64,000 nucleotides of DNA from an uncultured Gammaproteobacteria bacterium (GCA_964360785.1 CAYHXX010000001.1:73334-137333); one strand, 5' to 3'. Numbered from the stretch's first letter, positions 1-10,069 are shown. A program made the numbers and translations. Notes: generated by a model not told the origin, from the letters alone.

Positions 1-519
1 ACGGATGAGGCCTCTTACTAGCTTCTGAGGATCTTCTTCATAAAGTACGGAGCACTGGTGTTTGTGGGCTATCTCAGTAATTTCTTTAATCTCATCTGCA
101 ATTCCTCCACTATTTACCAAAACCCCGAGTGGTTTTTTGTCTTCAAAAGCTACCGTGAACTCATTGAGGGTACCAATACGTCCGCAGACGACGATCACGG
201 CATCGGCACTCCGAGTCAGTATTAGGTTTCTCCCCGCATAACCAAATCCGGTATAAACTATCAAGTCCATGTAGCGAGTTGGGAGTTGGTAACGCTTGAT
301 GTGGTCTTCGTAGGTTGCAGCTGGGGAAAAGCCAATACTAACCCCATCGAGTTTCTTCGCACCTTTGGCCGCATAGAACGGAATCCCTGTGGTCGCCCCA
401 GAAACCAGAATAGCGCCACTGCGAGCGATCTCCTTGCCAATTTGTTCGGCTTTTTCTATTGTTTCGTCATTCAGACAGTCCCCAGTGGCTGCCCCACTCA
501 CGCAGATTTTGTAACTCAT
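1..519 (-). CDS. LOG/SLOG-family Rossmann-fold nucleotide-binding protein (3' end runs off window)
   Basis: Manual translation from ATG at 519: MSYKICVSGAA...LVSGATTGIP...GYAGRNLILTRSADAVIVVCGRIGTLNEF, matching LOG-family motifs; ATGA overlap with the upstream stop. Confidence 0.85.
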   Translation of the reverse strand, partial: MSYKICVSGAATGDCLNDETIEKAEQIGKEIARSGAILVSGATTGIPFYAAKGAKKLDGVSIGFSPAATYEDHIKRYQLPTRYMDLIVYTGFGYAGRNLILTRSADAVIVVCGRIGTLNEFTVAFEDKKPLGVLVNSGGIADEIKEITEIAHKHQCSVLYEEDPQKLVRGLIR

Positions 520-1658
520 TTAATCCCAATTAAAGGTAGTAAAAAATAATTATTTTGTTCTTTCACCTCACCTGCTTTTTTGATAGTTGTATCGTAATCT
601 TTCGCAAGATCTTTGTAGGATGACAGTGCTTTATTGTTTTGCCAAAAGTTTAGTTCGTGAATTGAAGTTTGTACCCCGAGGCTCTTGGTTTCGCTCACAA
701 AAGTAGCTAGTGCAGTTAATAGGTTTCCTGGATTGCTCACAGAATCAGTTTTCACAGTTTTGAAAAAATTAATAAGTAAATCAAAAACTGTAACTACATC
801 CTTATTAAGATCGTCCATTTCTGCCGGCAGTTCCTTTTTATCGTAGTTGGCAAACACATTTCTGATCTTGGTTAGGTCAGTAACTGAATTGTCGATATCA
901 TTTACCGATGTGATTGTATTTGAAATATTGTAAAGTTCGATTGCAGCATCGCTGACAGAAACATAGTATTTTGCAGTTTTGTCTGTTTCACTCAAATAAA
1001 GATCTGTCTTTTTGGTTGTTTCTTCAACATCTTTTTTGAGTAAATCTGCTCCTGAAGGTACACTACTTGTTTTCAAATGTAGCAACTTCTTCTTCAGTAG
1101 ATCTTGGGCAAGTTCTGACTTGTCAGAAATGTTTTCCGCGAGTTTTCTTTGCTGCCGAACGGCCTTGTTTGGATCGTTTTCCGGAATACTAAACCCTTTG
1201 ACCTGACTACTTCTCTCGAGCACTTCTCTTATACTTTTGAGTAGTAGCAAGGAATTTCCAGAAAGTGAGTTGGTTGCAGCAGAAGTGTTGGCAGCGAGTA
1301 CTCCAGAGTCTATTTCCGAAAGGCTTGTGTCATCCGAAGCGTTACTAGCAGTCAATGACTGGTAAAGTAGATCTAGCGATTCGTTTACGTTTTTGATTCT
1401 TGTATCTAGGGTTTCGAGTGTTTCCGCAGCGTTTGCTGCATACATCACATTTCTAGTACGTGGGATAACAATAAAACCTAAAAGTAGGACTGCTGCTAAA
1501 GAAAATATAGACAGGACAGCAACTGCAATAGGTGTCTTCTGGTTTAAATCAGTTTGGTTACTTGTTGGCACCTTTAGATTTCCAGCTGCATGGTCTGGAT
1601 GGATAAGGACCTGATTTTGAAACGTTGATTGAATTTTGGGCAAGTCAGAGGATTGCAT
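516..1658 (-). CDS. Membrane-anchored helical hypothetical protein
   Basis: 380-aa ORF with one N-terminal TM segment and a helical/coiled-coil-like body. Confidence 0.75.
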   Translation of the reverse strand: MQSSDLPKIQSTFQNQVLIHPDHAAGNLKVPTSNQTDLNQKTPIAVAVLSIFSLAAVLLLGFIVIPRTRNVMYAANAAETLETLDTRIKNVNESLDLLYQSLTASNASDDTSLSEIDSGVLAANTSAATNSLSGNSLLLLKSIREVLERSSQVKGFSIPENDPNKAVRQQRKLAENISDKSELAQDLLKKKLLHLKTSSVPSGADLLKKDVEETTKKTDLYLSETDKTAKYYVSVSDAAIELYNISNTITSVNDIDNSVTDLTKIRNVFANYDKKELPAEMDDLNKDVVTVFDLLINFFKTVKTDSVSNPGNLLTALATFVSETKSLGVQTSIHELNFWQNNKALSSYKDLAKDYDTTIKKAGEVKEQNNYFLLPLIGIK

Positions 1659-1760
1659 CTAGTAACTTCAATTTTCTCATACTTAGCTTGAACCTGTCAA
1701 AGGAAAAATGAAAGAAGGCAGTTCTAGGTCGCCTTCGATACCTTTCTCTTCTGCTTTCCC

Positions 1761-2483
1761 TTACCGCAACTGCCGTAGTTCTGTCCGGCATTCTCGGCAG
1801 AAGATCACTCCAACCCTTTCTTCCTCCTGGAGTTGTTCGATCCAGGTTTTGCGGTCGACTCCTTGACGCATGCAGCAAGCAGCGTTGGTGCAGTGCGTGC
1901 CCAGACTCTGCTCCACATTCCAGCCGCGGGCCGGTAGGCCTAGGACATGGCCGAACTCATGACTGGTACAACGTTGAATCAGCCGCAATCGTAGTTGCCG
2001 GTCAATCCCGGGCCGAAGGCGCGAGACGGATTCAACGTAGCCGAGTTTTGGCCATGCAGCCCCGAAGACGAAGTTGGTGTTTCCGGTGGAGCAGTCTCGG
2101 TCGAGCAGCATTACGTCGTAGTGCGGACGCTGTTGTTGGTAGGGCTCATTGGCCAAGTAGACCAGTACTTGATTGGCGTTTACTTGAGCCCCGAGGCCGA
2201 TGTCCCTTTTCGGATTGAACATCGATCGATCCTGGTACCAATCAGGACTCCCATAGTCTCCGTCCGCGATCGGCAACGAGCCGAAGACCAAGACTTGCCA
2301 GTCGAGTTCCCCTGCTCTTAGCACGTCGTGGACTCCTTCGACTGCTGCGTGTCCCTCATCACCATCGACGCCGCTGGTCCAGCTGACATAGATGGGTTTG
2401 CGTGGGAACTCACGCTTGCGTCGCTCGCTTTCGACCGTCCGGATTACCGGGGTTGGTCTGATCCGTACGATTGGTGTTGCCAT
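1761..2483 (-). CDS. Archaemetzincin-like Zn metallopeptidase
   Basis: HEFGHVLGL...HCTNAACCM...FCREC = HEXXHXXGXX motif plus Cys-rich Zn site; SD GGGAG before ATG; GC-richer than flanks. Confidence 0.75.
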   Translation of the reverse strand: MATPIVRIRPTPVIRTVESERRKREFPRKPIYVSWTSGVDGDEGHAAVEGVHDVLRAGELDWQVLVFGSLPIADGDYGSPDWYQDRSMFNPKRDIGLGAQVNANQVLVYLANEPYQQQRPHYDVMLLDRDCSTGNTNFVFGAAWPKLGYVESVSRLRPGIDRQLRLRLIQRCTSHEFGHVLGLPARGWNVEQSLGTHCTNAACCMRQGVDRKTWIEQLQEEERVGVIFCRECRTELRQLR

Positions 2484-2526
2484 TCTCCCACCCTCTTGGT
2501 CTCGACCTTACGGTCGGCTACTTCCC

Positions 2527-2640
2527 CTATCTTCTGATTAAATCAATACTCTTCCAGTACCATCTTCTTCCAGTCAGCCAGCGCCATCTGGGTAGAAAAG
2601 GAAATTGGCGTACGTGACGGACATGCCAGTACCTGTACAT
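2527..2640 (-). CDS. Putative 37-aa Trp/Arg-rich peptide
   Basis: MYRYWHVRHVRQFPFLPRWRWLTGRRWYWKSIDLIRR; GGAGG 9 nt before ATG and TATAAT upstream. Confidence 0.45.
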   Translation of the reverse strand: MYRYWHVRHVRQFPFLPRWRWLTGRRWYWKSIDLIRR

Positions 2641-2697
2641 GGATCATCCCCTCCACTGAAGGGGAATTATAACTCACCTAGCAATAATATTGATTCG

Positions 2698-3240
2698 CTA
2701 AGAACTTTTCCAGGGTTGGTCGGGGTGTCCCGCTGATTGGTTTTCGACTCGGGCGAGGACAAAAAACAGGTCGGAGAGCCGGTTGAGGTATTTTTTTATT
2801 TCGGGATTCACATCTTCCAAATGTGTAAGTTTTCTTTCAGTTCGTCTTGTGACGCTACGTGAAAGGTGAAAATAAGCAGCTGCACGGGAACCTCCAGGTA
2901 ATATAAATTGGTTTAGTTTTGGTAACACGTTTTCGAACCGATCAATATATTTTTCAATTTCCACAACGTCAGAGTCCTTCAAATTGAAAGAAGCAGTGCT
3001 ATCACCTGCTTTCTCTGGGTTGGCCAGTTCGGCTCCGATCTCAAATAACTTATTTTGTATCTGCTGGACGATTTGTTTTATTTCTTCGCTCCCCGTCTCA
3101 GAAGCGCAGACTCCTAGAGTCGCATTTATTTCGTCGACACTACCGATCACCTCTATTCGCGGATCTGACTTTTTGACCCTTTTGCCCCCAAATAAAGAGG
3201 TTTCCCCGCTATCGCCAGTCTTAGTGTAAATTTTTACCAT
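2698..3240 (-). CDS. pduO: ATP:cob(I)alamin adenosyltransferase (PduO type)
   Basis: KIYTKTGDSGETSL, GSVDEINA, FILPGGS, RRTER, YLNRLSDLFFVLAR. Confidence 0.95.
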   Translation of the reverse strand: MVKIYTKTGDSGETSLFGGKRVKKSDPRIEVIGSVDEINATLGVCASETGSEEIKQIVQQIQNKLFEIGAELANPEKAGDSTASFNLKDSDVVEIEKYIDRFENVLPKLNQFILPGGSRAAAYFHLSRSVTRRTERKLTHLEDVNPEIKKYLNRLSDLFFVLARVENQSAGHPDQPWKSS

Positions 3241-3243
3241 TTA

Positions 3244-4110
3244 TTAAATTTCGCTAAAATAATTGTAAACTAACCTTGCGCTATTTTGTATTGAGGTAAA
3301 GCGTGTTTCCCAAGGGGAACCTTTGGTGTCATTAGTAAAAATAGTTAAGATAAAAGGATTTTTGGGATGGATAACGATTGCAGCATCATGCACCCCACCC
3401 TGAAAGGTTCCAGTTTTGTGATAAAAATTTACTCCAGAGGGAACAGCCGGTGAAATACGGTTCTCAGTTTCGGTATTTTGCATGTAGGAAAAGAAAAGCT
3501 TGCGGTGCTCTTCTGTCAAAATCTCACCTTTGTAGAGTTTTAATAACAACTCGTTTTCACCTTTGGCGGACATCAAGTTTCCCCAAATCTTGACGTTGGT
3601 CAGTCCCAGTTGATCCGAGACTTCTTGCTGGTGGTCAAAGCTTTGTAGCTGGTTGAAATATTCCCAGGAGTTGTTGTTGCTTTGATTGATCATCTGTTGC
3701 AGGTTATACTCCACCGTCTTCGAGAGAGAATACTTCCCTGCTTCAATATCCCTAAAAGCAGTGGTGGCCACCACAGTTTTCATGACCGAAGCAGCGTGAA
3801 ATTGTTCAAGTTCGGCTATTCCAAAGGACTCATTGTTGTTGATGTCAAAAATAGCTATCCCAAATTTTTCATTTACAACTAGTTGAGTTTGGATTGTTGC
3901 CAGCAGCTGCGTCTTCTTTTCTTCTCTCAATTTTTTTGCAAGAGCTGCAGCTTCCGCAGTAGCCTTCTCGTTCTTATCATTTTTTTCCAGAACGGTTTCC
4001 TTTGAGATCACTTCTTGTAGGTTATTTAACAAGCTGTTGTGTGGTAGCAAAATCAGAAAGCCCAGCGCAAAAAGGAGTATTACTAGTTTATAGCGTTTCT
4101 TTATTTTCAT
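3244..4110 (-). CDS. Class A beta-lactamase-like serine hydrolase
   Basis: N-terminal TM; SxxK (ASVMK), SxN (QSNN), HKTG, HDAAIV. Confidence 0.85.
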   Translation of the reverse strand: MKIKKRYKLVILLFALGFLILLPHNSLLNNLQEVISKETVLEKNDKNEKATAEAAALAKKLREEKKTQLLATIQTQLVVNEKFGIAIFDINNNESFGIAELEQFHAASVMKTVVATTAFRDIEAGKYSLSKTVEYNLQQMINQSNNNSWEYFNQLQSFDHQQEVSDQLGLTNVKIWGNLMSAKGENELLLKLYKGEILTEEHRKLFFSYMQNTETENRISPAVPSGVNFYHKTGTFQGGVHDAAIVIHPKNPFILTIFTNDTKGSPWETRFTSIQNSARLVYNYFSEI

Positions 4111-4115
4111 AACAG

Positions 4116-4712
4116 TTAGTTAAATTTGAAAGATTTGACTATATCGAGAGCAGAAGTGTAAGTGTCTTTGTCAGTAGCTCTGATCCAAAAAGTTGTTAGT
4201 GTTGTTTTTGTAGTCGCTGGTAGCACTAGCACACTAAAGTATCCGCCTGTATTATACGCATACTCTGTCATTTCGATTTCCTTGCCATTTACTTTGATTC
4301 TTACTTTATTTGTAGCAGAAATGCTGTTCTTCTGTTCTTGGCTGAGGCTGTAAGGTTGTTCAACTCGCAGCCAGATCTCAACAGAATTGGCCTCGTTTTG
4401 AATTAAAACACCCGGGGTACCAGATTGTCTTTCCTCAGCCTTCCAACTCTCTGGAAAAATAATGGAGTATTTTTCATTAGGACTTTCAAAAGTAGTTTTT
4501 CCGGCAGCAGTTTTGGTAGTCGCTTTACCGCCGACAGCTGTTTCTAATGAATTGCTCTCCATCCGGCCAAAAAAGTAACCGCCACCAAAGAATAATCCCA
4601 CAAAAACCAAAAGGACGATAAGGATTGTCACTGTTAAGCTAAATTTGCTTACCGAAATTTGGGGAGAAGGGATTTCGACAACCTTCTCATTGTGTTCAAA
4701 AGTAACCTCCAT
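4116..4712 (-). CDS. Single-TM hypothetical protein (PsbP-like extracellular domain possible)
   Basis: 198-aa ORF with TM and YSIIFPESW motif. Confidence 0.7.
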   Translation of the reverse strand: MEVTFEHNEKVVEIPSPQISVSKFSLTVTILIVLLVFVGLFFGGGYFFGRMESNSLETAVGGKATTKTAAGKTTFESPNEKYSIIFPESWKAEERQSGTPGVLIQNEANSVEIWLRVEQPYSLSQEQKNSISATNKVRIKVNGKEIEMTEYAYNTGGYFSVLVLPATTKTTLTTFWIRATDKDTYTSALDIVKSFKFN

Positions 4713-4769
4713 ATAACTGAAATGATACAGGGCTTGAACAAATGTGTAAAGTTTGGGAAGATTAACTAG

Positions 4770-5300
4770 ATGTCCAAAGAAATATTGTTAAATGAAACGA
4801 ACCTTAGTCTAGTTACGATCCTAATAATTGCAGTACTCACTTGGGTGGCGCTTCAAATCTTTACCAAAGCCTTGGTTGATCGGATTACAGTCGGGACTCC
4901 GAGAGGAAGACGATTTCACACACTGAGTAATGTTTTTAAAGCTTTTGTCTCGGCGTTGATCTTAGCTTTCTCAGTCTTTGAAACACTTAAGGTTTTGGGT
5001 TTTGATCTAGCTCCTTTTTTGGCAAGTGCTGGAGTAATCGCCTTGGCGATTGGGTTTGGTTCGCAAGCCTTGGTCAAAGATATTGTCAGCGGATTCTTTT
5101 TGCTGGCCGAGGATCAGTTTTCTGAAGGTGATGATGTCGAGATAGCGGGAAAACGTGGTATAGTTGAGAGGATGAACATAAGGACAGTTTATCTACGTGA
5201 TAAGGATGGGATACTGCACCTGGTACCCAACGGTGCCATCAGTGTTGTATCCAATTTTTCCAGACAGAAAAAGACAATTAAAGAGAAAGGGCCCCGATGA
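4770..5300 (+). CDS. mscS: Small-conductance mechanosensitive channel (short MscS)
   Basis: ASAGVIALAIGFGSQALVKDIVSGFF, GDDVEIAGKRGIVE, VPNG. Confidence 0.9.
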   Translation: MSKEILLNETNLSLVTILIIAVLTWVALQIFTKALVDRITVGTPRGRRFHTLSNVFKAFVSALILAFSVFETLKVLGFDLAPFLASAGVIALAIGFGSQALVKDIVSGFFLLAEDQFSEGDDVEIAGKRGIVERMNIRTVYLRDKDGILHLVPNGAISVVSNFSRQKKTIKEKGPR

Positions 5301-5707
5301 AAAAAATACTTTTAGTGGAAGATGATGTGTTTATTCGAGATATCTATGGACGGGAGTTGAAAAAAGGAGATTATCAGGTAGATATTGCTGAGGATGGTGA
5401 ATCAGGGGTTGCCAAATCAACATCTGTAAAGTACGACATCCTCCTGCTTGATATCATGCTCCCAAAAAAGACTGGGATTGATGTCTTGCGTGAACTTCGT
5501 GCTGCACCAGCACCATATAAAGACACTCCAGTTTACCTCCTGACCAATCTCGGTCAAGGGTCGATCATCAAACAAGCTGTCGATATCGGTGCTCAAGGGT
5601 ATCTTCTCAAAGCCCGTTTCTTACCTTCACAGGTTCTTGAAACAGTCGACCGTTTCTTTCGTGAAGGCCCAATGAAGATCGATCTTAAAGAATTTGGTTT
5701 GGAATAA
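5297..5707 (+). CDS. Single-domain response regulator receiver
   Basis: ILLVEDD, LLDIMLP, LLTNL, YLLK. Confidence 0.92.
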   Translation: MKKILLVEDDVFIRDIYGRELKKGDYQVDIAEDGESGVAKSTSVKYDILLLDIMLPKKTGIDVLRELRAAPAPYKDTPVYLLTNLGQGSIIKQAVDIGAQGYLLKARFLPSQVLETVDRFFREGPMKIDLKEFGLE

Positions 5708-5709
5708 AT

Positions 5710-5940
5710 TTAGTTGCCGGTTGTTCGGTAAAGAGTAAAAATTGACGAAAAAGTTATCAGGTAGAAAATAATAGTTAACACCCCAAAAACCACTAAACCA
5801 ATAATCCAGATCTTGGTTTTCTTCTTTTTAATAGAACTAAACAGGTAGCCACTCAAAAAGAAAATCGCCAGAAAAAGAAAAACTCCGCTAAGGAACGAAA
5901 AGTTTCTAATAAAACCAAGTAAGGTAGAAATATCAACCAC
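5710..5940 (-). CDS. Small two-TM membrane protein
   Basis: 76 aa with two hydrophobic segments. Confidence 0.6.
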   Translation of the reverse strand: MVDISTLLGFIRNFSFLSGVFLFLAIFFLSGYLFSSIKKKKTKIWIIGLVVFGVLTIIFYLITFSSIFTLYRTTGN

Positions 5941-6133
5941 CCCCTAATTGTATGGCTTTTAATGGGGCTACGCTACACAGTTATACAACTATAGGTTGAC
6001 AGTTTCGTAGAAATTACTGAATGCTATAACCTATAGCATTTGACTTTTGAAGCTAAATATGCTACACTGGTTTCAGTAAAAAGGCAGTCGTGTGACTGTT
6101 CTTTTTTGTACTCTACAAGGAAAGGAGTTTGCC

Positions 6134-6928
6134 ATGCCCGCCCGTGGCAAAAGACCACCAAACCCACCCAGTGCTTGCCGTCACAACAAGGCAGCTGGAC
6201 CGCTCGCCGTTGGTCTCTACCTCGCGATGTTGGTTCTGCTGATGGTTGGTGCCTCGATGTATTTCAGGTACCACACAGAGTGGCAGCGATACCAGCAGCT
6301 GCGGAACTTCTTCGGGGCCCTCGCCCAGAATAACGCGGAGGCCTCCGTCGGAGTTCCAGTTGAAGAAAGCCCTCAGGCTATCTTCAATATAACTCCTGAG
6401 TGTCGTGAGCAGTGGGACAACTACATGGAAGGCCACACTTTCTTGTACGAACCGCAGCGGTTCGGGCATCGGGAGTTTGGACTTCCAGACATCTCGTTCA
6501 CGGAGGACGAGAAGAACTGGTTCGAGGCCTTGGGTTGCAGCGAGTCGAAGTATCACCACTTCGATCCGGATAACAATCCATACGCGGCCACAGATCACGA
6601 AGGACGACCTTTGATCACCTCAGGGGCCGGCTGTGTCAGCATCTACCAAGGGTGCAACCTCAGCATTTGTCCTAAGGAGCTGTGGAGCGAGCTCAAGACC
6701 AACATCTGGTGCGGAGCCAAGCTCTTCCGTCAGCTGTTGGACCAGTTCCCAGGCGATATGGACATGGTCCTCGCCTGTTACAAGGACGCCGTGGTGAAAA
6801 TCGATACGGATGGGGATGGCTATAAGGAAACCTACGTCTATGACCAGGTGACCGGAAATGTCATCCCCGACCCCGAACTCGATTGGCAAGTCCAGACGGT
6901 TAGGGATTTGGTAACAAAAGTTCCGTAG
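6134..6928 (+). CDS. Membrane-anchored divergent lytic transglycosylase (SLT-like)
   Basis: AAGGAG before ATG 6134; TM; SES catalytic-Glu motif, GAGCVSIYQ (GAxGLMQ-like), NIWCGAKLFRQLLDQFPGDMDMVLACY. Confidence 0.65.
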   Translation: MPARGKRPPNPPSACRHNKAAGPLAVGLYLAMLVLLMVGASMYFRYHTEWQRYQQLRNFFGALAQNNAEASVGVPVEESPQAIFNITPECREQWDNYMEGHTFLYEPQRFGHREFGLPDISFTEDEKNWFEALGCSESKYHHFDPDNNPYAATDHEGRPLITSGAGCVSIYQGCNLSICPKELWSELKTNIWCGAKLFRQLLDQFPGDMDMVLACYKDAVVKIDTDGDGYKETYVYDQVTGNVIPDPELDWQVQTVRDLVTKVP

Positions 6929-6935
6929 TAGTACA

Positions 6936-6990
6936 GCGTCGGGTGTGGTGAGAATAAAGCGAATCATTCGCTCTCACCCGCCCGGCGTCT
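6936..6990. terminator. GC-rich hairpin, probable terminator between convergent genes
   Basis: GCGTCGGGTGTGGTGAGA ... TCTCACCCGCCCGGCGT inverted repeat. Confidence 0.55.
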
Positions 6991-7027
6991 CTGTTTCTAA
7001 TACTCTTTTTACTCCAAATTTATTTTC

Positions 7028-7858
7028 CTAAGTTGTAGTCGGCGTCGATTCTGGTGTTGGAGCAGCAGGTGCTAGTTCAGGTGCTGGTTCTGGTGCTGGT
7101 TCTGGTGTTTGAGTCGGTTCTGGTACCGCCGCTACAGGTGCTGGAGCGACTGGTGCCGCAGCAACAGGGGCTGGGGCTACTATGCTACCCGAGAGTTTTC
7201 GGTATGCAAAAGCATAAGCTATCATAATAACAGGGATTGCAACAAACAAACCAACTAGTAGCGCTAGTGCCCCAGCAATTGCAATCAGTCCGGAAACTAC
7301 TCCTAAGAAAACTAGATTCCACCAATTTCCTTTGGTAATTTCATAGCTAGACTTGATTGCATCGATTGGCCCAGCTTTCTTGTCAACCACAACATAGGTT
7401 GTCATACTAAGTTTTACTGCTAAGTAGATTCCCGGAATTATAAAAAATAAAAATCCAGCCAAGACTATTAAACCTTCTAAAATTGAAGCTCCAATATATT
7501 TAAGAGCCAATGGATACTGTTGGTACAAATCTTTAAGGTCACCTTTTTTGCCGTCAACAAAATCAAGAAAAATTTTCATCATGCCAATTGAAATCAGAAG
7601 ACTGATGATTGTAGATATGACATTAAGTAAGGTAACTATAGCTGGATTACCAGCAAAAACCCCTTCTTTGGTTTGTTGATATTGGGTACTTCCAACGTTA
7701 ACGTAAACATTCGTTTCTCCAGTAAGCCAAGACACCAGAAAACTAACTCCAAATTGAAAGATACCTAAAATCACGACAAGAATAATAAAAAAGCCCACAT
7801 TTTTCTTGAATGTTTCCCAACCAAATGCTAAAGCTTCTGAAATAGAAAAAGTATTCAT
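7028..7858 (-). CDS. Multi-TM membrane protein (DUF975-like) with Pro/Ala-rich tail
   Basis: FSISEALAFGWETFKKN, IIPGIYLAVK, AIKSSYEITKGNWW. Confidence 0.8.
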   Translation of the reverse strand: MNTFSISEALAFGWETFKKNVGFFIILVVILGIFQFGVSFLVSWLTGETNVYVNVGSTQYQQTKEGVFAGNPAIVTLLNVISTIISLLISIGMMKIFLDFVDGKKGDLKDLYQQYPLALKYIGASILEGLIVLAGFLFFIIPGIYLAVKLSMTTYVVVDKKAGPIDAIKSSYEITKGNWWNLVFLGVVSGLIAIAGALALLVGLFVAIPVIMIAYAFAYRKLSGSIVAPAPVAAAPVAPAPVAAVPEPTQTPEPAPEPAPELAPAAPTPESTPTTT

Positions 7859-7951
7859 TTGAATAAATTCCTCCTTTAATATAAGTCTGAGCTGTTTATG
7901 AGTGGCCTGTCAAGAGAAATTCTGCATTATAAGATACTTTTTGTTCATGAT

Positions 7952-9175
7952 TTACTCGTAACGAAGTGCGTCGATTGGGTGTTTTCGTGATGCACCAATT
8001 GCGGGAATAATCCCAAAGATAATACCCACAAAACCAGAAAACCCTAGTGCCAAAAGCAAAACCGTTGGTTCAAGTTTGATTGGAATTGGAGAATTTTCTG
8101 GAATCAAAGTTACAATTGTGGAAAAGATAGCGATGGCAAGTAGACCACCAACCAGAGTTAGTATCATACTTTCAATCAGAAATTGCAGTAGGATGGCTCC
8201 TTGAGTAGCACCGACAGCCTTGCGGATTCCAATTTCCCGTGTTCTTTCGCTGACCGAAACGAGCATAATATTCATAATTCCAATCCCACCGACAAGAAGT
8301 GAAATTGCCGCAAGTGCACCAAGCAGCGCCGTTACTGTATCTAGAATTCCTCCAGTAACTTGAAGCAAATCTTCCTGGCTCAACACTGTAAAGTCTTCTT
8401 CTCCCTTGTGGGTTTTGAGCATAACTTGTTTTACTTCCTTTTTAATTTTATCTACGGAGTCAGCATCCGGAGCTTGCATCGCGATTCGGAAAACTGATTT
8501 TGTGTTGGTTAGCTCCCAGCCAGTGTGTATTGGCATCATGATAACGTCATTAAAGTCCGGGCCACCGAGGTTGGAGGCAGTTTCAACAGTGTTAAAAATA
8601 CCGACAACTGTAAATTCAGTTGAGCGAATTTCCAAAGTTTCTCCCAGCGGGTCGGAACTACCAAAAAGTTTGCTAACTGTTTTTGGACCAATCACCACAT
8701 TTTTTGCCTTTAAATCATCATCAGCGCTTGTTAGTAGTCGACCTCGGTTTAAACTAAGATTGAATATTTCTTCAAATCCACTAGAGCCGGCCAAAATAGA
8801 AGCCGTATCAGAAGTTTTGTTGCCAACACGAGAGGTTCCGGAGAGCAAAAGTGCGACAGAAATCTTTTTGGCATCTTTGACATCGCGTTTAATAGCGAGA
8901 AAATCCTCTTCGGTTAGGGTGCTTTGGCCAAACTGGGCGGTCAAGTTTGTACCACCATCTTCACTAAATTGTCTTCCGGGAGTGACGGCTACCAGATTTG
9001 TCCCGAGATCGGTGATAGAAGTCTCAACCTCGGAACGTACCCCGAATGCTAGAGAAAGCAAACTGGAAATCGTCAGAATGCCAATAACTATTCCCAACAT
9101 TGAAAGAAAGCTACGAGCCTTCTTTGAAAGCAATGATGCAATGGCCATTCTGATGCTGTCGACTAATAAGTTCAT
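7952..9175 (-). CDS. ABC transporter permease (MacB/FtsX family)
   Basis: RSFLSMLGIVIG, GGIGIMNIMLVSVSERTREIGIRKAVGA, PIDALRYE. Confidence 0.95.
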   Translation of the reverse strand: MNLLVDSIRMAIASLLSKKARSFLSMLGIVIGILTISSLLSLAFGVRSEVETSITDLGTNLVAVTPGRQFSEDGGTNLTAQFGQSTLTEEDFLAIKRDVKDAKKISVALLLSGTSRVGNKTSDTASILAGSSGFEEIFNLSLNRGRLLTSADDDLKAKNVVIGPKTVSKLFGSSDPLGETLEIRSTEFTVVGIFNTVETASNLGGPDFNDVIMMPIHTGWELTNTKSVFRIAMQAPDADSVDKIKKEVKQVMLKTHKGEEDFTVLSQEDLLQVTGGILDTVTALLGALAAISLLVGGIGIMNIMLVSVSERTREIGIRKAVGATQGAILLQFLIESMILTLVGGLLAIAIFSTIVTLIPENSPIPIKLEPTVLLLALGFSGFVGIIFGIIPAIGASRKHPIDALRYE

Positions 9176-9828
9176 ACTAGCCTCCCATCATTCAACTTAA
9201 TAATCCGATCAGTTTTTTCGGCCAAGGAGTTGTCATGCGTGACGAGTATTACTGTTTTTCCTTTTGAATTTAATTCTTTCAGAAGCTGAAAAATAGCTTC
9301 TCCCGTTTTGCTGTCAAGGTTACCGGTTGGTTCATCAGCCAAAATAATTTCCGGATCGTTAACCAAAGCTCTAGCAATCGAAACCCGTTGTTGTTCCCCA
9401 CCGGAGAGTTGGTTCGGTTTGTTACCTAGTTTTTCTTTAAGCCCAACTTCGGAAAGAAGTTCAACTGCTTTTAATTTCCGGTTAACTTTCTTGTGTGTAT
9501 AAATCAAAGGCAAGATTACGTTGTTTAGACTATTAGTTCCTTGCAAAAGATTGAAGAATTGAAAGACAAAACCAACCTTTTCATTCCGATATCTAGCTAG
9601 TTGCTTGCCGTTTAATTCACCTAAGTTTTGCTCATCGACAACTATCGTTCCACTTGTTGGCTGATCAAGACCGCCAATTAGGTGCATGAGAGTTGATTTC
9701 CCACTTCCCGAGGGGCCAAGAATGGCAACGAACTCACCTTTCTGGATTTTGAGAGAAATATTTTCAAGGGCTGTGAAAGTAGTTTCGCCGGTTTTGTAAG
9801 TTTTGTGTAGGTTGGAAATTGTGATCAT
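9172..9828 (-). CDS. ABC transporter ATP-binding protein (LolD/MacB type)
   Basis: [29 protein letters not shown]. Confidence 0.95.
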   Translation of the reverse strand: MITISNLHKTYKTGETTFTALENISLKIQKGEFVAILGPSGSGKSTLMHLIGGLDQPTSGTIVVDEQNLGELNGKQLARYRNEKVGFVFQFFNLLQGTNSLNNVILPLIYTHKKVNRKLKAVELLSEVGLKEKLGNKPNQLSGGEQQRVSIARALVNDPEIILADEPTGNLDSKTGEAIFQLLKELNSKGKTVILVTHDNSLAEKTDRIIKLNDGRLV

Positions 9829-9949
9829 GAAAGGTTATTTTAGGGGTTGGAGACAGTTTATTCAAGGAAAGAAATTAACTTTCTTTTAAAATAGTGAAGG
9901 GAAGCGCGCAGCAGATGACGCTTCCCTTAGACCAACAGTGTTGTGACCT

Positions 9950-10069
9950 CTATCCCCCGGTGTAGTCGTTCTCCCGTTCGAATCCTTCTTCCAGGCCAGC
10001 GATGATGAGTACAATCGCTGCTGTGGTTACAGCGACCGCCAGTGCGCTGACGACAAGTACCTTTCTCAC
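9950..10069 (-). CDS. 39-aa single-TM microprotein
   Basis: AGGAGG then GTG; MRKVLVVSALAVAVTTAAIVLIIAGLEEGFERENDYTGG. Confidence 0.6.
   Translation of the reverse strand: MRKVLVVSALAVAVTTAAIVLIIAGLEEGFERENDYTGG

Noticed and set aside
2698-3240. Cobalamin adenosyltransferase as evidence of B12 biosynthesis
   Set aside because: A stand-alone PduO only indicates cofactor salvage; no cob/cbi genes are present here
7050-7180. Short tandem repeats (TCTGGTGCTGGT)
   Set aside because: They simply encode the Pro/Ala/Glu-rich C-terminal tail of the membrane protein
8406-9200. 264-aa antisense ORF, and similar shadows at 6113-6598, 43334-43738, 55948-56382 and 63403-63933
   Set aside because: Antisense to well-supported genes, with no motifs of their own
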